NCBI GenBank assembly: GCA_963713975.1
Contig: OY970218.1
Location: 2,528,001 to 2,592,000, forward strand
DNA length: 64,000 bases
Origin: an uncultured Chloroflexia bacterium
Lineage (GTDB): Bacteria > Chloroflexota > Limnocylindria > Limnocylindrales > CSP1-4
Direction: 5' to 3'
Below the pieces are notes generated by a model that saw only the letters and a program-made list of their open reading frames with translations, did no database searches and was not told the origin of the DNA. Position 1 is the stretch's first letter, and each line of letters begins with the position of its first letter. Below, in pieces: positions 35,393 through 45,369 of this stretch. A program made the position numbers and the translations under genes.

Positions 35393-36391
35393 ATGAAGAA
35401 GATCATCAACGAGCCCGCGAGCTTCGTGGATCAGATGCTCGACGGGCTACTGGTTGCCCATCCCGACATGCTCCGCGCGGCATCACCCGATAGGCGCGCG
35501 CTCGTCCGCGCTGATGCTCCGGTAACAGGGCACGTCGGCATCGTGACCGGAGGCGGCTCAGGTCACTTGCCCGTCTTTCTGGGATATGTGGGCGTCGGCC
35601 TGTGTACTGGCGTCGCCATCGGCAACGTCTTCTCGTCACCGTCGATGGACCAGGTCCTCGACGCGACGCGCGCGGTAAACGGCGGTGCCGGAGTCCTCTA
35701 CCTCTACGGCAACTACGGCGGCGACGTCATGAACTTCGACCTTGCGGGCGAGCTCGCGGAGGCCGAGGGGATTACTACCACGACGGTGCTTGTCGCGGAC
35801 GATGTTGCATCCGCCCCGGCCGATCGAGCGGACACCCGCCGAGGCGTCGCTGGCATGGTGTTCGCGTTCAAGTGCGCCGGCGCCGCCGCGGAGCGCGGCG
35901 ACGACTTGGAGGCCGTCGCCGATGTTGCCCGGCATGCGATTGCGAACACGCGCTCGATGGGTGTCGGCCTTTCGCCCACGATCCTCCCCGCGGCCGGCAA
36001 GCCCACGTTCGAGCTTGGGCCCGACGAGATGGAGATCGGCATCGGCATCCATGGCGAGCCCGGCGTCCGACGGGGCGCGCTCGAACCTGCGGACGCAATC
36101 GCGGATGACCTCCTGGGCGCGATCAGCGCCGATCTGGCGCTCGCGCCAGGAGATCGGGTCGCAGTGATGGTCAACGGCCTTGGCGCAACCCCTCTCGAGG
36201 AACTCTACGTCCTGTACCGGCGGATCAACGCCCGACTCACCGCGGCCGGGATCGCCATCCACCGCCCGTACATCGGTGAGTACGCGACGAGTCTTGAGAT
36301 GGCCGGAGCCTCTCTGACAATCATGCGCCTTGACGGCCGCCTCACCGAGCTGCTCGACGCTCCGGCACGCTCCCCGTTCTTCCGGCAATGA
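35393..36391 (+). CDS. dhaK: Dihydroxyacetone/tetrulose kinase subunit K
   Basis: GGGSGH, NYGGDVMNF, RRGVAG and GIHGEPG. Confidence 0.92.
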   Translation: MKKIINEPASFVDQMLDGLLVAHPDMLRAASPDRRALVRADAPVTGHVGIVTGGGSGHLPVFLGYVGVGLCTGVAIGNVFSSPSMDQVLDATRAVNGGAGVLYLYGNYGGDVMNFDLAGELAEAEGITTTTVLVADDVASAPADRADTRRGVAGMVFAFKCAGAAAERGDDLEAVADVARHAIANTRSMGVGLSPTILPAAGKPTFELGPDEMEIGIGIHGEPGVRRGALEPADAIADDLLGAISADLALAPGDRVAVMVNGLGATPLEELYVLYRRINARLTAAGIAIHRPYIGEYATSLEMAGASLTIMRLDGRLTELLDAPARSPFFRQ

Positions 36392-37014
36392 CGGGCCTCG
36401 AACTCCGCCGGCTGCTGTCGGCCGCCCTCTCCAGGATGCCTGCCGCATCAGACGAGTTGCGTGACCTCGATGCCGCGATCGGGGACGGTGACCTCGGGAT
36501 TACGGTCTCGGAGGGGAGTATGGCGGCGCGCGCCGCACTGGATGGGCTACCCGCGGAGGCAACGCCCGGGGAGGTCCTCCGAGCCATGGGCCCGGCCGTT
36601 GCCCGGGCCAACCCGTCGACGTTTGCCGCTTTGGTGGCGTCTGCCCTGCTGGCCGGTGCCCGTTCATTGGGCGACCGCGAGACAGTGACGGGTGAGGACC
36701 TCATCGAGGCCGGGCGTGTCGCTGCTCAGGCCATCGCGACACGAGGCAAGTCCGAGGTGGGCGACAAGACGGTCCTCGACGCGCTGGTGCCCAGCCTGGA
36801 GGCCGCGGCAACGCACCCGAGTGCACCGTTCTCGGCAGCGCTCGAGGCGGCTCGCACCGGGGTCGACGCCACCCTCGATCTCGTCTCGGTGCGGGGCCGC
36901 GCCGCATGGGTCGGCGAGCGCACGCGCGGTCATGCGGACCCTGGTGCCACGGCATACCTGCGACTGCTCGAGGCGATCGACGCAGCCTCACACGACACGG
37001 AGGCGACAGTATGA
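36388..37014 (+). CDS. dhaL: Dihydroxyacetone/tetrulose kinase subunit L
   Basis: LDAAIGDGDLG, GDKTVLDAL, GRAAW and DPGA. Confidence 0.9.
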   Translation: MTGLELRRLLSAALSRMPAASDELRDLDAAIGDGDLGITVSEGSMAARAALDGLPAEATPGEVLRAMGPAVARANPSTFAALVASALLAGARSLGDRETVTGEDLIEAGRVAAQAIATRGKSEVGDKTVLDALVPSLEAAATHPSAPFSAALEAARTGVDATLDLVSVRGRAAWVGERTRGHADPGATAYLRLLEAIDAASHDTEATV

Positions 37015-37784
37015 GCACGAACTTCGTGATCCCCACCTATAGGGTCACCGCCATCAATCTGGGCAACATCATCCTCGACAAATCTGCCATGACCTACATG
37101 AGCGGTGTCGGCACGAAGGTTACGGTCCCGGTCTGGGGGGCCGCCGTCGAGGGGAACGGCCTGAAAATCCTCGTGGACACGGGGATCAGCGATCCCGAGA
37201 AGTACGTGCCATACCACCCATGCTGGCAGGAGAAGGACGAGACGCTCGAAGCAGGCCTGGCCGAGCTCGGCTGGGGTTTCAACGACATCGACATCGTAAT
37301 CAACTCGCACCTCCACTACGACCACAGCGAGAACAACCCGCGCCTCCCCAATGCGCGGTTCTTTGTCTCGCTACGCGAGTGGGAGTTCGCGAAGAACCCC
37401 ATCGTGACGCAGGCCTGGCTGTACGGGCACAACTGGGACCGCGAGCCATTGAGCGTCATGAACTACACGCTGATTGACCAGGACCTCTTTGATGTCGTCC
37501 CGGGCATCAAGACCATCGAGACGCCTGGCCACTCGGCGGGCCACCAGTCGATCCTCGTCCAGACAGGCGAGGGCCTCCTGTGCATCGCCGGCGATGCGGC
37601 CTGCTTCATGGAGAACTTCACGCGGCCGACCCCGCCAGGCGGACTGACCTCCGTGGAGGAGGGCCTGGCCTCCATCGAGAAGATGCGCCGATACGCAGAC
37701 CGGATCTTCATGAACCACGACCCGGAGATCAAGAAGTACCAGCAGGGCGGGTTCCCGGAGGTGCCGAAGTCGACCCTCACCTGA
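37011..37784 (+). CDS. N-acyl-homoserine-lactonase-family metallo-beta-lactamase
   Basis: LVDTG, SHLHYDH, TPGHSAGHQS, GDA and NHDP. Confidence 0.88.
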   Translation: MSTNFVIPTYRVTAINLGNIILDKSAMTYMSGVGTKVTVPVWGAAVEGNGLKILVDTGISDPEKYVPYHPCWQEKDETLEAGLAELGWGFNDIDIVINSHLHYDHSENNPRLPNARFFVSLREWEFAKNPIVTQAWLYGHNWDREPLSVMNYTLIDQDLFDVVPGIKTIETPGHSAGHQSILVQTGEGLLCIAGDAACFMENFTRPTPPGGLTSVEEGLASIEKMRRYADRIFMNHDPEIKKYQQGGFPEVPKSTLT

Positions 37785-37828
37785 TCCCCAGCCGTCGATC
37801 CCACCAACGAAAGAGAGAGGACACCCCC

Positions 37829-39019
37829 GTGTACTTCAACCAGTGGCGCCGGTTTCTCGGCGTCGCAGCGATCGCGGCCCTGACCGTCAGCGCCTGCGGT
37901 GGCGGCACCGCCACGGCGGCCCCGTCAGCGGCCGCATCGACTGGCGCGTCGGAGGCACCCAGTGCAGCAGCCGGCATTGACCCGGCCGTCGACCTGTTTC
38001 CCGTGGAGGGCAACTGGAAGGTCGGCCTGAGCATGAGCTACTTCGGCAACGGCTGGCAAACCGAGAACCAGTACGCCGCTCAGGCGCTAACCGGGCTCGG
38101 CGCCTACAAGGATCACGTCGAGCTCACCGTGACCCAGTCGGGCCCGGACGTGCAGAAGCAGAACGCGCAGATCAACCAGCTGATCGCCGAGGGTGTGAAC
38201 GCCATCATCGGCTTCGCGATCTCGCCGGACGGGCTGAATAACACGGTCAAGGCCGCGTGCGACGCCGGCATCGTCGTCGTCTTCTATAGCGGCCACTCGA
38301 CCGAGACCTGCTCCCACTTCGTCGGCGTCGACTACGCGCTCCAGGGCAAGGTCATGGCCGAGTGGCTCGCCGATGCCATGAACGGCACAGGCAACATCTT
38401 GATGAACCACGGCGTTGCCGGAACGGGCCCAATGGTGCAGCGCGACGAGGCCGCGAAGGCGGTCTTCGCCCAGTACCCGGACCTCAAGGTGGTTGCCGAG
38501 ATCAATGGCGACTGGTCGGCGGCCGTGTCGCAGACGCAGGCCGCCCAGGCACTCGCCGCGCACCCGGACATCCAGGGGGTGTGGTCCGAGGCAGGATCTG
38601 ACGGCGTCGTGCGGGCGATGCAGGCCCAGGGCCTGAAGCTCGTACCGACCACGGGTGAAGGCACCAACGGCTGGCACCGGATGCTTGTCGACCAGGACCT
38701 CGCGGCCGCTGGCCTGACCGGCATGAGCACCGCCGACGCGTCCTTCGACGCGCCGCTCGCGCTCAAGCTCGCGGTTGCGCAACTCGAAGGCATCGACATC
38801 CCGGGCAAGTACATCATCCCGGTCCCCACGGTCTACCAGCAGACCCCTGCAAAGGTCGACCCCGGGATCGCGGTCGGCGAGCTCAAGGAGTGCACGGATA
38901 TCCAGGCCGGATGCACCGTGTTCCCAACGGGGCTGTTCCCGGACGATTACTTCGTTTCGTTCTACTTCGAGGGCCTGCCTGAGCTCACGCTCGACTCGTA
39001 CGTGACCGGCAAGTCATAG
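37829..39019 (+). CDS. Sugar ABC transporter substrate-binding lipoprotein (RbsB-like)
   Basis: VSAC lipobox, GNGWQ, QINQLIAEGV and LAAHPDIQGVW. Confidence 0.88.
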   Translation: MYFNQWRRFLGVAAIAALTVSACGGGTATAAPSAAASTGASEAPSAAAGIDPAVDLFPVEGNWKVGLSMSYFGNGWQTENQYAAQALTGLGAYKDHVELTVTQSGPDVQKQNAQINQLIAEGVNAIIGFAISPDGLNNTVKAACDAGIVVVFYSGHSTETCSHFVGVDYALQGKVMAEWLADAMNGTGNILMNHGVAGTGPMVQRDEAAKAVFAQYPDLKVVAEINGDWSAAVSQTQAAQALAAHPDIQGVWSEAGSDGVVRAMQAQGLKLVPTTGEGTNGWHRMLVDQDLAAAGLTGMSTADASFDAPLALKLAVAQLEGIDIPGKYIIPVPTVYQQTPAKVDPGIAVGELKECTDIQAGCTVFPTGLFPDDYFVSFYFEGLPELTLDSYVTGKS

Positions 39020-39031
39020 TCGCTCCTCCCT

Positions 39032-39071
39032 GCCAGCTGCTGCTGGGTGCTCCGCCCCCGCAGCAGCTGGC
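39032..39071 (+). other. Intercistronic stem-loop after the binding-protein gene (mRNA stabilizer or attenuator)
   Basis: gccagctgctgc ... gcagcagctggc, a 12-bp inverted repeat. Confidence 0.6.
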
Positions 39072-39094
39072 CTCCCCCGCCTGGAGGCGCCCTG

Positions 39095-40609
39095 ATGGGT
39101 GAAGACGTCCTCGCGCTAACCGCGGTCAACAAGCACTACGGCACGACACTTGCCCTGCACGACGTGTCCCTCTCGGTGCGTTCCGGGGAGATCCATGCGC
39201 TTCTGGGTGAGAACGGTGCCGGCAAGTCGACGCTGATCAAGATCGTCACTGCCGTGCTTGCGCCCGATGACGGCGCCGTCACCGTTCTCGGCGCGCCGGT
39301 GGCGTTCGGTCATCCCGACCAGATGATCCGCGCCGGCCTGTCCACGGTCTATCAGGACCTCAGCCTCATCCCGGGTCTCACCGTGGCCGCGAACCTCGAC
39401 CTCGGCCGGCCCGGCATGCTGAAGCCCGTCGCGCGCTCGCGGCGCGAGGCGGCAAAAGTGCTCGCTGCCTTCGACGTCGACGACATCGACCCCGAGGATC
39501 TGGTCGAGGACCTCTCCTTCGCTCAACGCCAGCGGCTCGAGATCGTGCGTGCGCTCGCGCGTCGGCCCAAGATCCTGCTCCTCGACGAGCCGACCTCCGC
39601 CCTGGGCCAGCCCGAGGTCGACTGGCTGTTCGGTCTGCTGATTGAAGAACGATCGCGCGGGACCGCGATCGTCATCATCTCTCACCGGATGGGCGAGATC
39701 CGCGAGATCTGCGATCGCGTCACCATCCTCCGCAACGGCCAGAACGTCGGCACCCTCGTCGCTGCCGAGGTCACCGATGCTGCCATCGTCCAGCTCATGC
39801 TCGGGCGAAGCCTCGCGGCCGCCTTTCCTGATCGAGGCGAGCATGCGCGGCCTGCCCGGGAGCCGGTCTTGGAAGTTCGCGCCATGGCGGTGCCTCGCCT
39901 GCTGCGCGAGGCATCGTTCACGCTGGCAGGCGGGGAGGTGCTCGGGCTCGCCGGCCTCGACGGCCAGGGTCAGCGCCAGATCCTCCAAGCGCTCGGAGGC
40001 CTTGTGGCCACGACGGGTGGGTCGATCTCCCGACGGGGCGGCCCAGTGCGGATCACGTCGCCGGGCGCCGCGATCAAGGCCGGGATCGTACTCATCCCGG
40101 CCGACCGGGCCAGAGAGGGGCTGCTCCTCCCCATGACCGTGGGTTGGAACATGTCCCTCCCCGTGGTGGGCCAGTTCACGAGGGCACTCCTCATCGACGA
40201 GGGCGCAGAGCGGGCGGCCGTGCTGACGATGGCGCGCAGCCTGGACCTTGCGGAGGATCGCGTCAGCCTGCCGGTCGGTGCCCTGAGCGGGGGTAACCAG
40301 CAGAAGGTGCTCCTCGGGAAGTGGCTGATGACCGATGCGGAGGTGATCCTCCTTGATGACCCCACGCAAGGTGTCGATGTAGGGACGAAGTACGAGATCG
40401 GCGCTCAGATCATCCGTCTCGCGAGCGCCGGGAAGGGCGTGATCCTGTACTCGACTGACTTGGACGAGCTCGTGCACCTCGCCGATCGAGTGTTGGTCCT
40501 GTACCAGGGACGCGTCGTTGCCGAGCTGCTCCAGCCCGATCTCGACGCGGAGGCAATCCTCGCGCCGATGACGGGCCACGTCCGCGAAGCCGCGGAAGCG
40601 GGCCTCTGA
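39095..40609 (+). CDS. Sugar ABC transporter ATP-binding protein (RbsA-like, two NBDs)
   Basis: GENGAGKST, DEPTS, LSGGNQQK and DDPTQGVDVG. Confidence 0.95.
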   Translation: MGEDVLALTAVNKHYGTTLALHDVSLSVRSGEIHALLGENGAGKSTLIKIVTAVLAPDDGAVTVLGAPVAFGHPDQMIRAGLSTVYQDLSLIPGLTVAANLDLGRPGMLKPVARSRREAAKVLAAFDVDDIDPEDLVEDLSFAQRQRLEIVRALARRPKILLLDEPTSALGQPEVDWLFGLLIEERSRGTAIVIISHRMGEIREICDRVTILRNGQNVGTLVAAEVTDAAIVQLMLGRSLAAAFPDRGEHARPAREPVLEVRAMAVPRLLREASFTLAGGEVLGLAGLDGQGQRQILQALGGLVATTGGSISRRGGPVRITSPGAAIKAGIVLIPADRAREGLLLPMTVGWNMSLPVVGQFTRALLIDEGAERAAVLTMARSLDLAEDRVSLPVGALSGGNQQKVLLGKWLMTDAEVILLDDPTQGVDVGTKYEIGAQIIRLASAGKGVILYSTDLDELVHLADRVLVLYQGRVVAELLQPDLDAEAILAPMTGHVREAAEAGL

Positions 40610-41607
40610 TGGCCGCCACGCTCGCCCCCGCGCAGCCTCGCGCCAGACGCGTCCGCGCCGTGTCGCGCAATCAGGGCGCGATCATCGCTGGCGTCATCCT
40701 CGTCGTGCTCCTTGTCGTGTACCAGGCACAATCCGGCAAGATCCTCTCAACGATCCAGATGCGCATCCTGCTCAACGGGGCGCTCGCGCTCGTGTGGGCG
40801 GCGATCGGTCTGACGTTCGTCGTCGTTGCGGGTGGCTTCGACCTCTCCGTCGGCGCACTCATGAGTCTCGCGAACGTCCTTGCGGCCACCCTCTTGGCCG
40901 GAACGGTCAGCGACCCGTTCGTGATCGCCGCCATCCTGCTGGTCGGTGGCCTCGCCGGGCTCGCAAATGGTGTCCTCATCGCCGTCGTCCGAATCCAGTC
41001 GATCATCGTGACACTCTCTGCGATGTTCATCTGGTCCGGGGTCGCCCTGCTGATCATGCCGCAGCCGGGAGGCGTGATCCCGGGCTATGTCTCCGATCTC
41101 ACTGGCGGGTCGCTCGGCGGCGTCCCGGTGGCGCTCATCTGGATCGCGGCCATCGTGGGGGCGATCGCCGTGTTCAGCCAAAGCTCGGCATGGAACGTGC
41201 TGTTCTCTCTCGGCGGCGACGAGGTTGGAGCCCGCCGCAGCGGGGTTCGCGTGACACGCGGCAAGCTTCTCGCCTACACGACCGCGGGGGTCTGCTACGC
41301 GATTGCCGGCCTCTTCCTGAGCGCCCAGAGCACAGGGGGAGACGCGAACATCGGCACGCCATTCCTGCTCACGGCCTTCGCCGCTGTCATCCTCGGCGGC
41401 ACGCCGCTCGGTGGGGGACGCGGCACGTTCGTTGGCACAGTGCTCGGCGCGCTCGTGGTGGCGACGCTCGGCAGCGTGCTGCTCTCGCTGGGCGTGACGT
41501 CATACTGGACCGACGTGGTCCAGGGGGCGGTGCTGATCCTCGCCGTCGTCCTGCCGACGCTTGTGGCACGCATCGCGCGTCGGCGCGCGGCGAGGGACGC
41601 GAGGTGA
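40609..41607 (+). CDS. Sugar ABC permease
   Basis: GGFDLSVG and AAVILGGTPLGGGRG. Confidence 0.92.
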   Translation: MAATLAPAQPRARRVRAVSRNQGAIIAGVILVVLLVVYQAQSGKILSTIQMRILLNGALALVWAAIGLTFVVVAGGFDLSVGALMSLANVLAATLLAGTVSDPFVIAAILLVGGLAGLANGVLIAVVRIQSIIVTLSAMFIWSGVALLIMPQPGGVIPGYVSDLTGGSLGGVPVALIWIAAIVGAIAVFSQSSAWNVLFSLGGDEVGARRSGVRVTRGKLLAYTTAGVCYAIAGLFLSAQSTGGDANIGTPFLLTAFAAVILGGTPLGGGRGTFVGTVLGALVVATLGSVLLSLGVTSYWTDVVQGAVLILAVVLPTLVARIARRRAARDAR

Positions 41608-42581
41608 CCACGGTGGGCTCGAAACGGCGCATCCGTTCCTTCATCGCCGACAACCGTGTCGTCCTGCCAGTCTATGTTGCGATCGTCGTCCTCGCGGTGG
41701 CCGCGGCGGCTGTCAGCTCGAACCTCGCGACGTTCGAGAGCATCCGGACCATCCTGACGCTCTCGACCTTCCTGGCTGTCCTCGGGATCGGGCAAGGGCT
41801 GGTGATCCTCACCGGTGGCATTGACATGTCGGTCCCCTGGGGCATGGCCACGGCCGGAATCATGCTCACTACCATGACCGCCGGCCTGGACGGGGCGCTG
41901 GTCTGGGTCCTCCCCGCGATACTGCTGTTCGGCGTGGTGCTCGGCCTCGCCAACGGGATTGGCGTGGCGATCCTTGGCGTCTCGCCGCTGGTGATGACCC
42001 TCGCAATGAACGTGGTTCTCCGCGGCTTGACCCTGGTCGCGGTGAACGGCACGCCGACAGGGCTCACGCCGCCCGTGATCACAGACCTGATGTCCGGGCG
42101 GTTACTCGGGTGGCTACCGCCCGTGTTCCTCCTGGTCGCACTCTTGTACGCCGTCACGATCGTTGCTCTCCGACGGACGCCGTACGGACGGCGGGTCTAT
42201 GCGGTCGGCACGAACGCGCACGTCACCTGGCTCGCCGGCGTTCGCGTGCCCCTCATCGTGATCTCGGCCTACGTCGTATCGGGCGTCATGTCCGCGATTG
42301 CGGGGGTGCTACTCACCGGCTACTCCACCCTCGCCTTCGTCAACATGGGCGACCCGTACCTGCTGCCGTCGATCGCCGCGGTAGTCGTAGGTGGGGCCGC
42401 GATCACCGGCGGACGCGGCTCCCCGGTCGGGTCGCTGGGCGGCGCAATCATGCTCACGCTTCTTGGCACGCTCCTCACTGCTCTCGTGCTGCCGCCCGCA
42501 GTCCGCAATATTGCGTTCGGCGTCGTCGTGCTGGTTGCGGTGCTGGCCACCTCCTGGGAATCGCGTGACTCCCGCGTCTGA
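41604..42581 (+). CDS. Sugar ABC permease
   Basis: GGIDMSV, YGRRVYAVG and AAVVVGGAAITGGRG. Confidence 0.92.
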   Translation: MTTVGSKRRIRSFIADNRVVLPVYVAIVVLAVAAAAVSSNLATFESIRTILTLSTFLAVLGIGQGLVILTGGIDMSVPWGMATAGIMLTTMTAGLDGALVWVLPAILLFGVVLGLANGIGVAILGVSPLVMTLAMNVVLRGLTLVAVNGTPTGLTPPVITDLMSGRLLGWLPPVFLLVALLYAVTIVALRRTPYGRRVYAVGTNAHVTWLAGVRVPLIVISAYVVSGVMSAIAGVLLTGYSTLAFVNMGDPYLLPSIAAVVVGGAAITGGRGSPVGSLGGAIMLTLLGTLLTALVLPPAVRNIAFGVVVLVAVLATSWESRDSRV

Positions 42582-42605
42582 CCCTGCAAAGTTTGGAGGC
42601 CCGGA

Positions 42606-42992
42606 ATGGGCATGGATGACGGTCGCGGCCTGGAAATCTATCGCGAGGTGATCGGGGACCTGGGCCCCATCGAGCAACTGCGCGAAGTGTTGCCGGATAT
42701 CGACCGATACGTCGTCGATTTCTTCTACGGTGAGATCTACGCGCGTCCCGCTCTCGACCTCAAAGCGCGCGAGGCCGTCAGCGTCGCGTCACTCGCGGCG
42801 CTCGGTACCGCCGGGCCGCAACTGCGAGCGCACATCAATGGGGCCCTCAATGTTGGCTGGCGGCGGGAGGAGATCGTTGAGATCCTCCTCCAGGTGGCGC
42901 TGCATGCGGGCTTCCCAGCGACGCTCAACGGCCTCGCGGCCGCACGCGAGGTCTTTGCCGCACGGGACGCAGCCAGCGCCGCGCCTCGCTAG
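42606..42992 (+). CDS. Carboxymuconolactone decarboxylase (CMD/AhpD) family protein
   Basis: YGEIYARPALDLKARE, QLRAHINGALNVG and HAGFP. Confidence 0.88.
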   Translation: MGMDDGRGLEIYREVIGDLGPIEQLREVLPDIDRYVVDFFYGEIYARPALDLKAREAVSVASLAALGTAGPQLRAHINGALNVGWRREEIVEILLQVALHAGFPATLNGLAAAREVFAARDAASAAPR

Positions 42993-42993
42993 A

Positions 42994-43220
42994 TGTGCAA
43001 CTGACGATGGCGGGTCATACCGCGGCTCCGGTCTTCTGGCACAGTCTCTCATAGGGCGTCTGACCGCCGAGGCCGCCGTGGGGACGGTCGTAGTTGCAGC
43101 AGTCCTCCCACTCCCGCAGGCGCTCGGCGAAGAGACCGGACTCGTCGATCGCGACGCCATCGGGGAGGTCGTAGAACTCGTCGGCGTCGATCCGGTGGGA
43201 CCGCTCGACCCATATTTCGT
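42994..43220 (-). mobile_element. IS481-family remnant (transposase C-terminus plus right end)
   Basis: VERSHRIDADEFY...EWEDCCNYDRPHGGLGGQTPYERL; the element end reads ...cagttgcaca on the minus strand (TGT...ACA type). Confidence 0.7.
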
Positions 43221-43496
43221 GCTGGACAGGGTCGACGAGGCGGACGGCGCCGTGGCCGGCGAACCGAACGCGATGGCTGTGCGTCGACATGCCGCCGACG
43301 GACAAGTCGGATGGTGTTGGGCAAGGAGTGCCAGCGATCGCCGGCCAAGCGGTGGCCCGTTGCACCAGGAGCAGGTTGGACCCAGGATCGGTCAGATGAG
43401 GGGCGATGGCTCGATCACTCGATCTGCGAGTGCGCTCAGGCAATGGGGTGCCACCCCCTCGTTGGTCAGGCGCCAATTGCATCGCCCAGCCGCCTT

Positions 43497-43619
43497 GGAG
43501 ATGCCGTCCGCCACCCTCAGAACCACGTCATCTGGCGGTCCGCCCTCAGGCAGACCCCAACATGTCGGGGAGTTGGCTGGCGCGCCAGGATTTCGAACCT
43601 GGAACCCCCTGATCCAGAG
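43497..43619 (-). repeat. att-like duplication: 3' half of tRNA-Gln plus ~77 bp of downstream flank
   Basis: Identical to 49010-49131 except for one extra base in the T-arm; identity ends in the anticodon loop. Confidence 0.9.
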
Positions 43620-44518
43620 GTAGACGCGGGAATCAGGGCTCGCAAGCCATCGTTTGAGCGTGAAGGACAGCGATCTCTGTCCGATTCCGGGATGAGTCAT
43701 CCGCACATCCCGGCGCCAGCTAGGCGTATACCGTAAATGGCTTGTGAGTCAGGCGCCATCGGCGCCCTCGCCCGAGAGGACTGCTGCGGACAGGGTTCGA
43801 ACATTGCCGCCAGCACTGGCCGGAAGCCGCCGGTCACGAAGCCGTGCCGTCCGACGAACGGCCGCCCTGCATCGAGAAGGGCGAGCGGCGCCGAGGGACC
43901 GGCTACGGCAGTACGGCGTGCTGGGAGACCCGCTTGGGGACTGGCCGAACGAGGGTGCCGGCTCGGTCTCGGGTAGAAGTCGCATCGAGATGCGGAAGCT
44001 CTCCTCCAGCCATCCGAAGGTACGGCCGAGTCAAGCTCTCGGGTCGCCCGTAGGCATGCGGCCCGCATGCCGGCCCAGTCGAATCGGTTGTGCTCGACCA
44101 GGCGGTCCCAAGCGAGCCTGTTGGCCTCGCTGTGAGCGGCAGCCCTCGCTCCACCTGAGCCGAGATCTACGACCGCCGGGCGCCCGACCGAGCATCGATC
44201 TTGATATGGTTGGCTCGCCGCGATGGACGTCCCGGCGACCGTGAGCGACCTGGGTCCCAATCAGATTCCGCTCCACCAGGACCAGCGCCGTCCGGCGGCC
44301 AGGTGGGTGCAGTTCGGCGCTCGAGACTGACGCAGGTCGCTCACGGGCGAAGGTGTGCATCACCTCGACGTGGCCATTCCCGGCCAAACACACGATCGGC
44401 ACCGCCATCAACGTGCTTCCGGTGCCCCAGGACTCTGAGCGTCCCCCACATTGACGAGATGCCACTTCGGGCCCACTCCCCGGTCGGTATCTCGATGCAA
44501 TTCAAGGAGGTAGCTCAA

Positions 44519-45361
44519 ATGCCGTCCGATCGTCAATCCGTTCTTGATCGTCTTCATCGCCGGATCGACGCGGGCGAGGCCGTGATCTTCGGAGCAGCGG
44601 GCGTCGGGCTCGTAGCGTCGGCAGCGCGGTCCGAAGACATCGATGTCCTGATGACATACAACATCGCGAAGTTCCGCATGGATGGACATCCATCGATCAT
44701 CGGCTATCTCCCCTATGGCGACGCCAACGCCATCACGGTCGAGATGGCGAGTCGGGTCATCCCGGTTGCCGGGGACGTTCCGGTCGTCGCCGGGGTCGGG
44801 GCTGCCGATCCATATCGCACGCTCGACCAGCTCTTGGACGGCGTGCTCGCGGTCGGCTACTCGGGCGTCACGAACACTCCGACGGCCGGGGTGTACGAGG
44901 GGGAGATGCGCCGGCTCATGGAATCGTTCGGGATTGGCTATGCACGCGAGGTCGAGATGGCGCGCCGTTGCCGCGAGCGGGACATCTTCACGGTGCTGTA
45001 CGCCTTCAGCCCTGAGGACGCGTCGGCCCTGGCGGCCGCGGGGACCGACGTCATCGCCGCGCACCTCGGCAACACGAAGGCGTCCGAGAACCCAGCCGAA
45101 GACATCGCTGATGCGATCAAACGGACCCAGGAGATGATCGACGCGGCTCGCTCGGTCGACCCCAACGCGATGGTCGTGGCCCACGGCGGCCCGCTGGAGA
45201 ACGCCGAGAACGTCGCGAAGGTGCTGGCCGCCACCTCGGCAGTCGGCTACATCGCGGGCTCGTCGATGGAGCGGCTCCCGGTCGTTGCGTCTGTCAGGCA
45301 GGCGGCGAAGCAGATGCGCCAGCTCAAGCTCGGTCCGGGCGCCACCTCGATGAAGGACTAG
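44519..45361 (+). CDS. Phosphoenolpyruvate-hydrolase family TIM-barrel protein (Tm-1 TIM-domain homolog), paralog 1
   Basis: AAGGAGG RBS, GAAGVGL, LPYGDANAI and HGGP. Confidence 0.85.
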   Translation: MPSDRQSVLDRLHRRIDAGEAVIFGAAGVGLVASAARSEDIDVLMTYNIAKFRMDGHPSIIGYLPYGDANAITVEMASRVIPVAGDVPVVAGVGAADPYRTLDQLLDGVLAVGYSGVTNTPTAGVYEGEMRRLMESFGIGYAREVEMARRCRERDIFTVLYAFSPEDASALAAAGTDVIAAHLGNTKASENPAEDIADAIKRTQEMIDAARSVDPNAMVVAHGGPLENAENVAKVLAATSAVGYIAGSSMERLPVVASVRQAAKQMRQLKLGPGATSMKD

Positions 45362-45369
45362 GAGACACG

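Noticed and set aside
37011-37784. Quorum-quenching role for the AHL-lactonase-family gene
   Set aside because: It is embedded in a kinase/sugar-ABC operon, so a catabolic role is more parsimonious; no luxI/luxR nearby.
43573-43619. Second tRNA-Gln gene
   Set aside because: Only the 3' half is present, with an extra base in the T-arm; treated as an att remnant.
43620-44500. ORFs in the spacer inside the island (possible integrase remnant)
   Set aside because: No integrase or transposase motifs recognised in the frames examined.
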